DNA of 62,959 bases, counting the filler, from Licmophora abbreviata (Eukaryota), in NCBI GenBank assembly GCA_900291995.1. It is 16 parts of 16 records of this genome, joined end to end, with 100 filler letters (N's around TTAATTAATTAA, not from the genome) between each part and the next. Parts side by side here need not be neighbours in the genome. Positions count along the whole stretch, not along the records: positions 1 to 4,973 come from OLMU01004295.1; positions 5,074 to 8,163 come from OLMU01004296.1; positions 8,264 to 11,631 come from OLMU01004297.1; 13 more parts are not named here. One strand, given 5' to 3'. Of the stretch, positions 1 through 11,102 are shown one piece after another. The position numbers were made by a program, and so were the translations under genes. The notes beneath the pieces are model-generated. The model saw only the letters and a program-made list of their open reading frames with translations. It was not told where the DNA came from and made no database searches. Each line of letters starts with the position of its first letter. Position 1 is the stretch's first letter.

Positions 1-160
1 AGATCTTCTTCAAAGACACGACTGATGACCTTTCAGTCCCGGATGGCATGCCATTCCTGTCGCCAGACAGGCCACTCGAAAATAAGTGTGCTCGAAAAGC
101 ATGTTGTAGTAACTTGAGAAAACAGGTAGACCTTCATGAAGTCCTGCATCGTTTCTTTCA

Positions 161-2737
161 TCATCTTAGCAGGGGCATTGTGTCGACCGTGGCGGTTTTG
201 GTTCCACTTTCGCTGCTTTCTTCCTGAAACCAATTCAAAATAGCCTGGATGGACTTAAAGGTCAAAGGCTTCCCCGCAACGATGTCCAGAACAGCATACT
301 CGTCTTCTCCTGGGGCTTCGTCCGACACAGTCGACAGCTCCGACGCTACCACACTCTCACTGCTGTCTTGCTGTGTACCCCCACCATCTGACGTTTTAGA
401 CAGCGTGTCACCCGCCAAAATCCCGTCGTACGAGAGCTTTCGGTTCTCCATCTCATGCTGTAGACCTTCCAAGTCCGCCGTGATCATGCAGATGAATACG
501 CGAGGACCACCCCGCTCCTTTGTTATCCTCCGGATGGACTCTGTAGCAGTGATCCCACATGTCAAAGGCATATGCCAGTCCATCAGAAAGAGTAGGACAT
601 CCTCGCAGCTCGATTGTTCCACCAGCTCGATTGCCGACTGACCATCGTACAGAGGTACGATCGGAAAGCTCGTCGACCGCGACAACATCTTTGACATGAC
701 TTTGACGTTGATCGCCGTGTCATCCACTACTACGACTTTTAAGTCCGCTTTCGAAGATTCAGTTGGACTTATGGGGCTCTCCGTTTGGCGAAGAGACGAG
801 GCGGTGCAGTCGACGCCACTGTTTGCTCCATCGCGTGCCATCGGAATTCGCTCGTTCAACATATCTTGGTCGCGTTTCGACGCACCCATCCTTGAGACCG
901 CTTCTATACTTTCCACGATACCGGAACTTTTGTCGCCACCTGACGCTTGTCCCAATAGTGCGCCGCGAAAACTCTGCGTCATTCGTTCGATTTGAAGCGG
1001 ACGTCGAAAGACAGCGTAAGCATCACTGGATTGTGTGGCAACTTCCCGAAAGTTCTTGCGATGACAATATACAAATACAATCCATCCCATCTGTTTTATC
1101 CGGGATATTGCGTCCCGCAGAGCGTCTCGATCCTTGGAGTCACTGGCCAGAAAGACCACACGGCAAGTTGTGTCTCCGGTGCTGGTCCCCTCTTCCTCTT
1201 CTATGATATCGAGTACTTCTTCCAGCGACTGCACACAGCTGACGGAAGCGGAAGGCGGCGCTGTCGACTCGACAATACTCCGACAAGATGTCAATGACTC
1301 TTGCTCCGAGTCTGCAATAACAATTCGACACGACTTCGTTTCGTTCTCAGCAGATAGTTGGCTTCCGCGCGGTCCTTCCAAAATCTCCTCTTCTTTCTTC
1401 ATCGACAGCGAAAAGTAAAATCGAGCTCCTTGGCCCCGCTTGCCTTCTACCGCAATCTTTCCGCCCATGAGTTCGACAAAGTCTCTGCAAATGGCAAGTC
1501 CTAGGCCTGTGCCCTTGTGCCGACGCGATACGGCTCCCTGCTCTCCTTGATGAAAGGCTTCAAACAACAATTCTGAATTCTCTTGTTCTATCCCCACACC
1601 CGTGTCCTGCACTTCAAACCGGCAGTGCAGCATATCGCCTGTTTCATCCTTACTCTGAGTCGTCTTTACACGAATCGTAATACTCCCTCGCTCTGTGAAC
1701 TTCAAACTGTTCCCCACGAGATTCAGCAATACTTGTCGCAGTTTAATTTCCATTCCTCGGACCATGGCGGTGCTATCTCCATCATATTCGACTTTGAGTT
1801 CCACCCCTTTGGCTTCCACCGATGCCGTATAGAACTCCGCCACGCCATCGATACACGAGGCGAGCAGAAAGGGCCTCTCTTGCTTGTTGTTGTTTCCTGC
1901 ATCTGACTTTGCAGCCATCAGTACGTTGTCACATATATTGAGGATGGTGGATAGACACCTCTTGATTGTCATGGCATTCTCCATGTCCATCTCTGGCATG
2001 GTCTCGGATGCCGTCAAGAGTTCGACACTCCCGACCATGGCATTGAGGGGAGTACGAAGTTCATGAGTAACACGATGCAGGACATCTCGTCTCATATCCG
2101 CTAGATCCGACGCCGACTTGGCTGCCTTGGCATGCAAGCGTAAGGAGTCCTGGGACTGACGGACAATAATCGTTAGGATAGAACCATTGCCAAGAATCAA
2201 CATGAGGAGAGGAACGAGTCTGTCTGCAATGATCGTCCCCCTGTCGTTGGGGTCTAGCGGGTCCGAGGTGCAATGGCCGGAGAGATCGACGACGTAGAGG
2301 ACTAGAGTAGCTGCCAGCACGCCGACGGTGGAAACAGCCACAGCGCGGGAGGTACGAAACAAGAATCCACTGGCACAGGGGATGAATCCATAGATCGCGG
2401 GGACCAAACAAGCGGAACATCCTTGATTGAGCGAGTGCCTCAGAATCAGGACCGTCAAGACGCACATTAAGGCAGCCATTTGCTCCAGTATACTGGGGAT
2501 GATGAAACTAGACAAGATCCCAAATAAGCTCACGAAGGCTGGATTCAGCAGCTGCGAAGGGTCTTCGCCTCCAATGTAGCCGAACACAGCCCCTGCTGCA
2601 CATCCCACGACAAGAACGCGCCGACTCCAGAGGCACACCTGTTCGACTAGCTCTTGCTCGACAATATCGCGTAGCGAGTCCTGCTTGTCGACTGAGCCAG
2701 AGCTTCTTGCTGTCTCACTGCTTCTTGATGACAGCAT
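161..2737 (-). CDS. Membrane-bound hybrid sensor histidine kinase (TM region, HisKA, HATPase_c, degenerate receiver, receiver)
   Basis: H-box VTHELRTPLNAM, N-box LRQVLLNLVGNSLKFT, G1 VQDTGVGI, F-box LFEAFHQ, G2 GTGLGLAIC; receiver VVVVDD...FLMDWHMP...ITAD...GKP; several N-terminal hydrophobic helices. First in-frame ATG at 2737 (ORF track starts at TTG 2770). Confidence 0.93.
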   Translation of the reverse strand: MLSSRSSETARSSGSVDKQDSLRDIVEQELVEQVCLWSRRVLVVGCAAGAVFGYIGGEDPSQLLNPAFVSLFGILSSFIIPSILEQMAALMCVLTVLILRHSLNQGCSACLVPAIYGFIPCASGFLFRTSRAVAVSTVGVLAATLVLYVVDLSGHCTSDPLDPNDRGTIIADRLVPLLMLILGNGSILTIIVRQSQDSLRLHAKAAKSASDLADMRRDVLHRVTHELRTPLNAMVGSVELLTASETMPEMDMENAMTIKRCLSTILNICDNVLMAAKSDAGNNNKQERPFLLASCIDGVAEFYTASVEAKGVELKVEYDGDSTAMVRGMEIKLRQVLLNLVGNSLKFTERGSITIRVKTTQSKDETGDMLHCRFEVQDTGVGIEQENSELLFEAFHQGEQGAVSRRHKGTGLGLAICRDFVELMGGKIAVEGKRGQGARFYFSLSMKKEEEILEGPRGSQLSAENETKSCRIVIADSEQESLTSCRSIVESTAPPSASVSCVQSLEEVLDIIEEEEGTSTGDTTCRVVFLASDSKDRDALRDAISRIKQMGWIVFVYCHRKNFREVATQSSDAYAVFRRPLQIERMTQSFRGALLGQASGGDKSSGIVESIEAVSRMGASKRDQDMLNERIPMARDGANSGVDCTASSLRQTESPISPTESSKADLKVVVVDDTAINVKVMSKMLSRSTSFPIVPLYDGQSAIELVEQSSCEDVLLFLMDWHMPLTCGITATESIRRITKERGGPRVFICMITADLEGLQHEMENRKLSYDGILAGDTLSKTSDGGGTQQDSSESVVASELSTVSDEAPGEDEYAVLDIVAGKPLTFKSIQAILNWFQEESSESGTKTATVDTMPLLR

Positions 2738-3221
2738 GATGAAAAGTCGAGGGGAGCTGGAGGTAAGCAAGTTGAAAGTACTTCAGTGCTTTTTGAGCTG
2801 TCTCTCTCGTGATGGTTGCAATGGTGTCGCGTCTTCAAAAAAGAAAAGAGTGGGCTCAGGGGAAATAACCCTACCTCTACTGCGGCATACCAGTGAGTTG
2901 ATCGACTCTGTTGGGTTCGGCGTCATTGACGGTGGTCGATCTCCTCAGCATGACAACACTAGTAAGAGCGATCGTCCCTGGGACTGCACTCACTGTTTCT
3001 CCACCTGCCTGGAGAGACTACAACGCTCATTATTTAGTAGCTAGTTAACTCTTATCTTGTAGGTACCACTGGTACGCAGCTCTATTCTCTCTAGCAGTAC
3101 CAGGTACATAGTGATGCCGTTATAGTGTCGTATGCATATCACAACAAAAAGTCAATTCATTCACTCTTTTTCCCTCTTGTTTCATCATTCGCGTCTTTTC
3201 TTTCCTTTCTGGTTTCTCTCC

Positions 3222-4403
3222 TCATCTGATGTCATTCCGATCGACGACGCGCCATTTCCGCAAGACTCCCGCGACGACGCGTTGCTTCGGAGTCGTCGAG
3301 GCTTTACTAGTAGTAGAAGCAGTAAGATTCACAGTAGCATTCGACGATAGCATTGTTTTGGTTGGACTGGATGGTGGTGACCTCCTCGTCGAGACGGACC
3401 AGAGCGCTCGTTCCACCGTAGCTTTGGACAGTTGGGGATGATATACGCTGTCTTGCTCCGTCGTTTGGATATAGACTGTACGCGTAGAATCATCCATCCA
3501 AAGCGATGTGGGACACGGTGTCTTGTACTGACACGTGGGCACCGCAAAGAGTTCTCGCTGGTCTTCGCCATTGAGCACATGGTGTTTGCTTTCGTTGGTG
3601 TGGAGTGTAGTTTCATCGTGTTGTTGAGTCGTCAAGACAACATCCGACGCTCTTGTAAACGTGGTGGGACGACCCACTACCACAGTCACTGTCGTCTTTT
3701 GCTGGTGGCTGTCCTTGTCGTTAATCGTGTCGCTGGGGTTGGTCACTTCTTGTTGCACACGGGCCATCAAGGGATGCGACGGGCACTGAATTCCAACATA
3801 CTCATGATTGTCATGTTGAGTAGTATGCAGGAGTGCATTTTGTTTCCACCAGTCACCATTTTTGTTATCAACTCGCACGTAGATTGGCATCGGTCCCGGC
3901 CAAAAGCTTCCCGCCAATTGTGTCAAGACTTCCTGTGCTTCGCACAGCCACACTGGCAACTGTTCCATTGTTGGATGACGCAGTGCATAGGGCTTCGGTG
4001 GGGACCAGCACCATGAGAGGGAGGAGGGTGCTCGAGGATGAATGTAGACAAACAAGGGTGTATCTTTAAAATCCGGTGCCACGGATGACTCTTGTGGTTG
4101 TAAGGTGATGGTGGTACATTTTGTATAGACGGATTCGGTAGGAAGAATGACTGTTTGGTTGGCTCTCAACAAGCGTGCTGCTTTGCAAACACCCTGAATG
4201 GTGGGTGGAAGTACTAATGATGATTGTTGTTGTCGTTCTTGTATACAAGAAGAAGAAGGCTGCTCAGGGGAGGAACAAGAGTGCTGGTCTCCAAGAGTCG
4301 CGGCAGTATTAGTAGAAGGACTCCTAGGAATAGAACTAGCAGTAGTAGTACTGGTCTGCTGTTTGTATAATATAATAATGTGAAAGAGAGAGAGGGAGTG
4401 CAA
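3222..4403 (-). CDS. Divergent Sua5/YrdC (TsaC)-fold protein; 5' end uncertain (possible upstream exon within 4440-4661)
   Basis: KAARLLRANQTVILPTESVY, FWPGPMPIYV and VGIQCPSHPL match the YrdC/Sua5 motifs AA..L..G..V.FPTETVY, FWPGPLT and VAVR.P.HP. The ORF starts at TTG; an acceptor-like CAG near 4356-4360 suggests an upstream exon. Confidence 0.65.
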   Translation of the reverse strand: MHSLSLFHIIILYKQQTSTTTASSIPRSPSTNTAATLGDQHSCSSPEQPSSSCIQERQQQSSLVLPPTIQGVCKAARLLRANQTVILPTESVYTKCTTITLQPQESSVAPDFKDTPLFVYIHPRAPSSLSWCWSPPKPYALRHPTMEQLPVWLCEAQEVLTQLAGSFWPGPMPIYVRVDNKNGDWWKQNALLHTTQHDNHEYVGIQCPSHPLMARVQQEVTNPSDTINDKDSHQQKTTVTVVVGRPTTFTRASDVVLTTQQHDETTLHTNESKHHVLNGEDQRELFAVPTCQYKTPCPTSLWMDDSTRTVYIQTTEQDSVYHPQLSKATVERALWSVSTRRSPPSSPTKTMLSSNATVNLTASTTSKASTTPKQRVVAGVLRKWRVVDRNDIR

Positions 4404-4973
4404 TCAAGGATGAGAGCAGAGGTCGTGCGCATTGTGAAATCAAAAAGTTCCTCTCTCCGTAGACACAAGACTGAACGTTTTCCTCCTCCTCTGGTATCCT
4501 GCGTTCGTTCGTACCAGAGTCGTCCTTGGAAGAACGGGGGCCTCACTGCATGCTTTCTTTTTCTTGTGAATTCCATTGGGGAGAAAGAGCAGGCGCTTCT
4601 TTTGTTTCTTGTTGTTGCTTTGTGTAGTCGTAGTCGTAGAAGAAGAAGTCTTGCTCATCATGGTGATTGTGCTTTGACTGCCGTACTACCGGTACCTGAC
4701 TGTCTACCTGGTACTATACAGACTACAGACTAGACTGGACTAGACTACAAGCAGACTGTCTAGTAGAAAGAGCAAGGAAAGCACTGGTAGAAAGATAAGC
4801 GCCTTGTTGCAGGTTTGTTGTACTGGGTTGTCGACTACTGTAGCGTTCCTTCGTTCATGCGGTGCCGTTCCAAACAATGAGTGAGTCGAGTTGAGTGAGT
4901 GAGCGAGCGAGCGATGTGGTTGCAGTGGGATTGCAGTTGACGATGTCACAACGGTGTCCCAAGTTTGGATTGG

Positions 4974-5073
4974 NNNNNNNNNNNNNNNNNNNNNNNNNNN
5001 NNNNNNNNNNNNNNNNNTTAATTAATTAANNNNNNNNNNNNNNNNNNNNNNNNNNNNNNNNNNNNNNNNNNNN
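4974..5073. other. Artificial assembly linker N44-TTAATTAATTAA-N44 (first of 15)
   Basis: The same 100-bp linker with six-frame stops starts at 4974, 8164, 11632, 15971, 17647, 22327, 26577, 28247, 31996, 37657, 44686, 47801, 54273, 58045 and 59572. Confidence 0.99.
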
Positions 5074-6144
5074 AGCATCTTGCCTTCAAGGTACAGAAAA
5101 ATAGGGCTGAATTGGACTCTTGTCTGATGGCTGGATCTTTTTCGTGTCTGCGTAGAACTGCAGTACCGACTCTACGTGGGAGTGCTGCTGCCTTCCTGAA
5201 TGGATTGATACCTTGGTATCATATACGTACTATACCAGTTTACTCTCTCCTTACAGACTTCCACTCACTCACACATGCATTCCAATCCCACTATCCTATA
5301 CTTACACTAGGTCAAAACGACGCAACCACGACGCTACTTGGTCCGTCCCAATCAAGGCCTGGTAGGCCCCGGCGGGTCGGAGTCCATCAGCATCCTCCTC
5401 GTCGAAAAGGACAAGAACGTCTTGCTCCAGTCCTACGACCGCCTCGGACAGTCGGCCCTCGATCACTCCAAGGACAAGTTCCTCGTACAGTCCTGCGCTG
5501 TATCCGATGAGTTTAGTAAAAAGTACATGGAAGAAAAGACCAAAAGCGCCAATAGCAAGGGAATATCCGAGGCACTCACTTCCGTCTGGAACACTGTGAC
5601 TTCCTCGTCTTCGTCGGCCGTGATTAGCAACAAGAAACTGCACGTCAAACACATTGTGCAAGACACCAGCAGTGACGCTCCTGTGAAACTCATGCCCAAA
5701 ACGACGCACGACACTCCGCTCAGTGAGATTGAAAGCATGTCCCCGGAACAAATGTTTGCCGAAATTACCAATATGAGACGCAAATACGATGAACTTGTCA
5801 GTTTCAGTGTCAATCTCACGGCCGAACGAGACATTCTCAACAATACGCTCGAACAGACCAAGAGAGATTTGAACCGAGAAATGGCAGCCAGGATGAAACT
5901 GGAAAATAACACTGGCGGCAGTAGTACTAGCGGAGGACGTGCGTCTACGGATGCCAAGAGTACTGTCCTTGGAACCCTGCTTCCACTTCTTGTAGTGGCC
6001 TTGGCGTGTTTCCTGGCGGGGGTGCGCATGACCAATCAAGACAAGGTGGCCTTCTTGGAGGATGTGCCGCTCCTTTCGCCGTGGGTCTTTCCAGGGGACG
6101 ATCCTAGTGCAGCTGGTAGCGAGGAGGAGACCGTCGTCTACTAG
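5074..6144 (+). CDS. VAMP-associated protein (VAP/Scs2 family: MSP domain, coiled coil, C-terminal TM); 5'-partial, intron 5091-5310
   Basis: Removing GT(5091)..AG(5310) restores the VAP signature HLAFKVKTTQPRRYLVRPN; also DKFLVQS, a coiled coil and TM helix VLGTLLPLLVVALACFLAGV. Confidence 0.92.
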
Positions 6145-6597
6145 AGAGAGAAACAGACTACCGCAGCGGGGTAGTGCCATGTACAGTACGAAGAATCCTT
6201 ATTTTATGAAAGTACATCGGACAAGGAGGGTGGCATACGAATGAACTAAGGGTTGAACAGTCCCTCGTCGGTTGTATGGAAGGAATGCTCTGTGCTGGGT
6301 TGATCTGTGTATCTCGGTAGATATCAATATTATGACTGTGGTGGTACAAGACATGTGTTTCATGTACCTATGATAGTATTCGTCGTGATTTTTGTCTAAA
6401 GTACTGATAAGCGTGGGCGTATGCTGTGGGACCTGCAATGAACTTGTTTTTGTGCACAGAAAGTACTGTAGACCATGATTGATTCCGATGATACGAGAGG
6501 GCACCTAGTACAAGTACTCGATTTCGTCAAGGCAGACTTTGACAGATGCAAAGGAGACTCACGAGCTGGTGCTACATCACAACGCTGTATGCTTTGT

Positions 6598-7944
6598 TTA
6601 GACCTCACCAGTCAACAATGGCGTGCGTGCGCCGTCCTCGGTTGTTGGTTCCTCCCGGCCGGTCGGCTGCAACTGGTGGTGCTCGCCTGTTGCTTCCTCG
6701 TCGCCGAGAAAGTGGAGGAGTATCTGGGTCGAGGTCCAGGAGGCCATCCAAGATGCTGCCACACCGAGAGGTGGAAAAACAAATGGAACATACAAGTTGG
6801 CTCCGGAGGATTGCATGTAGTTCTGTCGGAGGGACCAAACGGGACGGAAGCCACCCAACAATCCCGCCATCAACGCACTGGTGAAGACAAATGCGACCTG
6901 CATCACCGACAGGCGTTCCTGTACTAGCTTGTGGCGACGGTCAGCGAACGCGATTCCGTGAATTGACGTGGCGGGAAGAAAGAACATACAAAAGGGCCAC
7001 CAGTGGGCTGCCGCCATGAGTAAGAGGGCAGACGCCATCAGACGGTGGATGAGAGCAAATTCCCCCGGTTTGGTCCACCGGCGACGAAGATAGGCGGCCC
7101 CTGCGTGGCCTGCTAGAAGGAAAAAGCTCGCGATTCCCGACCAGTACAGAAGAACTTCACCGTTGGTAGCGATCTCCCAGAGATTTCGGAAACGATCCTT
7201 GGTGGAAAACAAAAACAGCAGTTCACCGACACCATGCAAAAGTCCCCAAAACGTCGTGGTGTAGCCTAAAAGCCTATGAAATTCAAACCAATACTTTTTC
7301 GAGGCGACATATGGTTGCTCCCCAAGGATAAGCTTGAAAAGAACCCCTCCAGTCGGAATCATCACGAGGGCGAGATTCCACGACAGCGGATGGGCCGCAG
7401 CGAGGGACACCGTCAGGACCATTCTCGTCCATGCCACATTGATTTCCTTTAGTCCTAGGCCGAACTGGACCAGAGGGTGGATAAACCACACCACATTCAT
7501 GCCCAGCCAGACAGGTGTAAGCCATCCGACGGTCGACGAGTTCGAAACGATCGGGCCGGAATGAGAGGAGGCGCTTCGACTCCAGCACGGTGACAAACAA
7601 GCGGCAAGGACGAGTGGACCGACCCAGAAGGCAAGAATAATCATCTGAAAAGGCGTAAGAGGTCCCCAAGAGCCCTTCTCGTAACAGTACTGTCCCCCGA
7701 AGACCGTCGAATTGGGACTCGTGCAGAAGTGGTCTTGACCAGCCAAGTTGGCCAGTCCTCCCACGCCGCCGACACCACCCACATTGAAGGAAATTTGAGC
7801 ATGCAGCAGAATTTGTCGAACGGGTTCGTACAAAATGGCAAAACACAGCATAACCCACAAGGCCACGCTAAAGGGGCTCCACCACCCGGTGGTGGTACTG
7901 CTGGGAGTCGTTGAGTGAGGAGCTGTCGGTGTAAGAGGATCCAT
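6598..7944 (-). CDS. Ferric-reductase-like transmembrane (di-haem) protein lacking the FAD/NADPH dehydrogenase domain
   Basis: Multiple TM helices; two H-x13-H pairs (FHRLLGYTTTFWGLLH and IHRLMASALLLMAAAH), with LRRR before the second, as in the FRE/NOX haem domain. No HPFT or GGxGxTP motif follows. Confidence 0.75.
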   Translation of the reverse strand: MDPLTPTAPHSTTPSSTTTGWWSPFSVALWVMLCFAILYEPVRQILLHAQISFNVGGVGGVGGLANLAGQDHFCTSPNSTVFGGQYCYEKGSWGPLTPFQMIILAFWVGPLVLAACLSPCWSRSASSHSGPIVSNSSTVGWLTPVWLGMNVVWFIHPLVQFGLGLKEINVAWTRMVLTVSLAAAHPLSWNLALVMIPTGGVLFKLILGEQPYVASKKYWFEFHRLLGYTTTFWGLLHGVGELLFLFSTKDRFRNLWEIATNGEVLLYWSGIASFFLLAGHAGAAYLRRRWTKPGEFALIHRLMASALLLMAAAHWWPFCMFFLPATSIHGIAFADRRHKLVQERLSVMQVAFVFTSALMAGLLGGFRPVWSLRQNYMQSSGANLYVPFVFPPLGVAASWMASWTSTQILLHFLGDEEATGEHHQLQPTGREEPTTEDGARTPLLTGEV

Positions 7945-8540
7945 GGTATGATTGATGCCTGGCGTGTCGGTACCCGGTAGATCGAAAACTGAAAAATGAA
8001 TTCATGCGCGAAAACCATTCTCCTAAACACGGCGGGCTTGAGGCCTTTTTGTAGGCTCTTCTCGCTTCTCGAACCTATTTTGATATTTTTCTGTTCAACC
8101 TATACATATGGTCTTTGATACCACTGAGTACTGGGACAATAAGTCGAAGCGCCGGGCGGCGCGNNNNNNNNNNNNNNNNNNNNNNNNNNNNNNNNNNNNN
8201 NNNNNNNTTAATTAATTAANNNNNNNNNNNNNNNNNNNNNNNNNNNNNNNNNNNNNNNNNNNNCGGATTCGATCTGTACATGTCCGGTGCTCTCTGTTGG
8301 GTCTCTCTAGGAGGCTCTCTTTTTCCTAAACGATTGCAACCCAAACCAATGCAAGCGAGTCTCCAGACTTCAAGTTAACCAGTACGTAGTAGGCCTTATC
8401 GTTGTAGTCTACGTATCATACTACCTAGCTTCAAGTTGGCCTGGCATATAGGCTCTTTGCATAAAAGGCCTTGGCTGCGCGCGCTTCCATGATCGCTCAC
8501 AAATTGAGAATCTTTTCAATCGAAAAAGCATCTTTCCACC

Positions 8541-9961
8541 ATGAAATCTCTCTTTTCGATTCTTGCCATCTCCCTTCTCTCGATCGACCACCGTGCCGTG
8601 GCGCAGAATCCTACAGGCTGTATCAGCTACGTCACCCCTGGCGAGGACTACTTCCCAGAAAAGGTCTCTCCTTCCTTCTCCAAGCTTTGGTCTGTTTCGT
8701 ACCACAAGACCTACAAGATCGCCAAGAACTTGGAGGATGGTACGACCTATCTCCTCTACCAGTGCGGAACCGAGCCCCCTGCGAACGTCCAGGCCGATCT
8801 GACTCTGTCCATCCCCTTGCAGAACGGAATCGCACTTTCGACGACACCTCATCTTCCCCACATGGAGTTGCTTGGCGTGCGCGACGAGATCAAGGCCTAC
8901 TTGGGAGATAAGCAGTGGATCTCCTCTCCGTGCATGAACGAACGCTTCACGACGGGGGAGACCATCAACATTCAGTACCCCGACGACGAGGGTGCCATTG
9001 AGCGTCTCTACGAAGCTACGAACAAGGACATTGTTCTCTTTCACAACCCAGGTTTCAATGCCAACGTCACGAACCGCGTCTCTGCCACGGCTTGGAAGGA
9101 GCGCAACAACCATGGGATTGGTGAATGGCACAAATACTTTTCTGTCTTCTTCAATTTGGAAGCCAAGGCCAACGAAGACTTTGAAGGCATCGTTGGTCGC
9201 TATGAATGCACCAAAGGAAACGCCAACGAAATCATTTCTTCGGATGCCAAGCCCAAGGTAGTAGTTGCTGAGTTCTCCACCTTCTGCGGTGGGTGGAGCG
9301 TGGGCGCATGCCCCAACTTTTACTGCGATCTGATTCAGGACTGCTCGGCAGAAATTCTGGAGAACGACAATGTCGGCAGTATTGTCAACCCTGCGTGTGG
9401 AACGGAGCGCAACTACAAGAGCGCCAAGGAGTTCGCCGAGTTCGCCAAGGATGCCGACGTCTGGATCTATCCCGGACATGGGGACTACTACTTTGACACT
9501 GCCTACGCAGACTTCAAGGAGGAACTTGATACTATGAAGTCCGTCCAGAACAAGCAGGTCTATGATACTGTCCTCACCGCCTTGAACACCTGGTTTGAGC
9601 ATCGTTTGGTCGAGTACGGTGAGTCTTCTTTGTTCTTCCGTATAAAGTTGGTATGAAACTCGTCTAACTTCTCACCTTCTCTTCTCGCGCATCAGACTTG
9701 GTCTTGGAAGACCTCTGCAACGCAGTTGGCGCCTCGCATCCGTTGCTTCCCCACGAGCCCGGTTTCTTGCGCAACGTGTTCACCGACCCTGTTGGGGACC
9801 TTGGACAATGCGAAGACCCCTCCGTCGGTTTTGAGCTCCGTGCTGAGGAATGCACGCCGTTGGTTCAACTCTTGGAAGGGACGTCGGCAGCGCCCTCCCT
9901 GACGATGGTTGGAGCTCTCACCGTGGCTTACTTGGTGACGCTCATCGGAGTTGCCTTCTAG
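8541..9961 (+). CDS. CBA1: Cobalamin acquisition protein 1-like (periplasmic-binding-protein-like fold); secreted with a hydrophobic/GPI-type C-terminus; intron 9619-9695
   Basis: Signal peptide MKSLFSILAISLLSIDHRAVA; motifs DYFPEKV, SYHKTYKI, YLLYQCGT and EWHKYFSVFFNLEAKAN recalled as typical of CBA1 homologues. The GTGAGT..CAG intron joins EY-D-LVLEDLC in frame. C-terminus SAAPSLTMVGALTVAYLVTLIGVAF. Confidence 0.82.
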
Positions 9962-11102
9962 TTTGTGAAATGAAAGGAGTCCGAATCCATGCTGAATTCG
10001 TAGTAACATAAAACAGCTTGGAGAGTATATGTATTCATGAACACCGGACCTCATGCATAGAACGTGTCCGATCCTGGGTTGATTCCGAGCATGTTCCCCG
10101 AAGCCGTGTCGTCGGGGTATTGTAAATATACCCTGATATCCCACCATCGAGTGAAGCAAAGTGTACCCTTCCACAAGATGGATAGGAACCAAGTGGGCGG
10201 CCCAGGTCTTTCTCGATGAGTGCATGATGTAGTGTGTGAACTTATTACATCGCACCAAAATGACGTCTTGGTGGTGTAAATCATCGCCGTGAAGTCATGA
10301 TCGTGCAATCAGATTTTGAACTCTCTAATAAGTATTGATGCTGCAACACCAGGAAGATCCGCTTGGACATATCTAGGACTGACTGACTGACTCTCCGTTG
10401 TGAGACCTGCGCTCCTCTAGCGAGTTCGAAAACGGGCGAATGCGCGACTTCGTAGTCTAGAGGCCGAGTACCGGTAGACGGCGTCTCTCGTCCGCACCGA
10501 AATGGTCAATGCGATCGCGTTGATGGTGTCGTGATTTGAATGGATCGAACACATCCTACATGGTACCAGGGAGCAACGAGGAAGTTGGATGAGCATGTGA
10601 GCATGCGATTCGTCCGCCCACACCAAGGGATCCAACCGATTTAAAAATTGGACATTATATACGAGGTCAGGAAGAGATTTCTCAAAGAGCTCGTCGGTGT
10701 AGATTTCGATGAACAAAAAGGGGACGGCGCTATGATCCTATCGACGCGGTGCGAGAAAGCCGCAGTGTGATGCCACAGCCATGCGCTTGGCACAGAGGAG
10801 GAGGAGGAGGAGGGGCGTGGATCTCGCTCTCATGCTATCAGTACACAGTACTTCGAATTCATCACGGCAGCGACAGGCAAACTTCGGTTTGATGATGCAA
10901 CCAGTATTTTTCTTTTTCATTACATTGACTTAACGTGCAAACTCACTAAAGAGAGCTACCGGTGTTCTACTGGGATCTTTCGTTTTCATTCTTCTTCCGG
11001 GCTCTGTTTGCAATCATTTCTTTTTTCTTTTGCTTTCCCTACCCCTTTGCTCAAATATAGCGACATGGAACATGGATGCTGTAAGACTTGCTACTTCTTC
11101 TT

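Noticed and set aside
8421..9602. 393-aa minus-strand ORF
   Set aside because: Antisense shadow of the CBA1-like gene with no motifs. The same applies to 5302-6180, 42924-43859 and the many plus-strand ORFs over the adhesin.
10417..10920. Two same-frame minus-strand ORFs split by one stop, with a Leu-rich segment (possible pseudogene)
   Set aside because: No recognisable domain; the Leu run comes from a GAG microsatellite.
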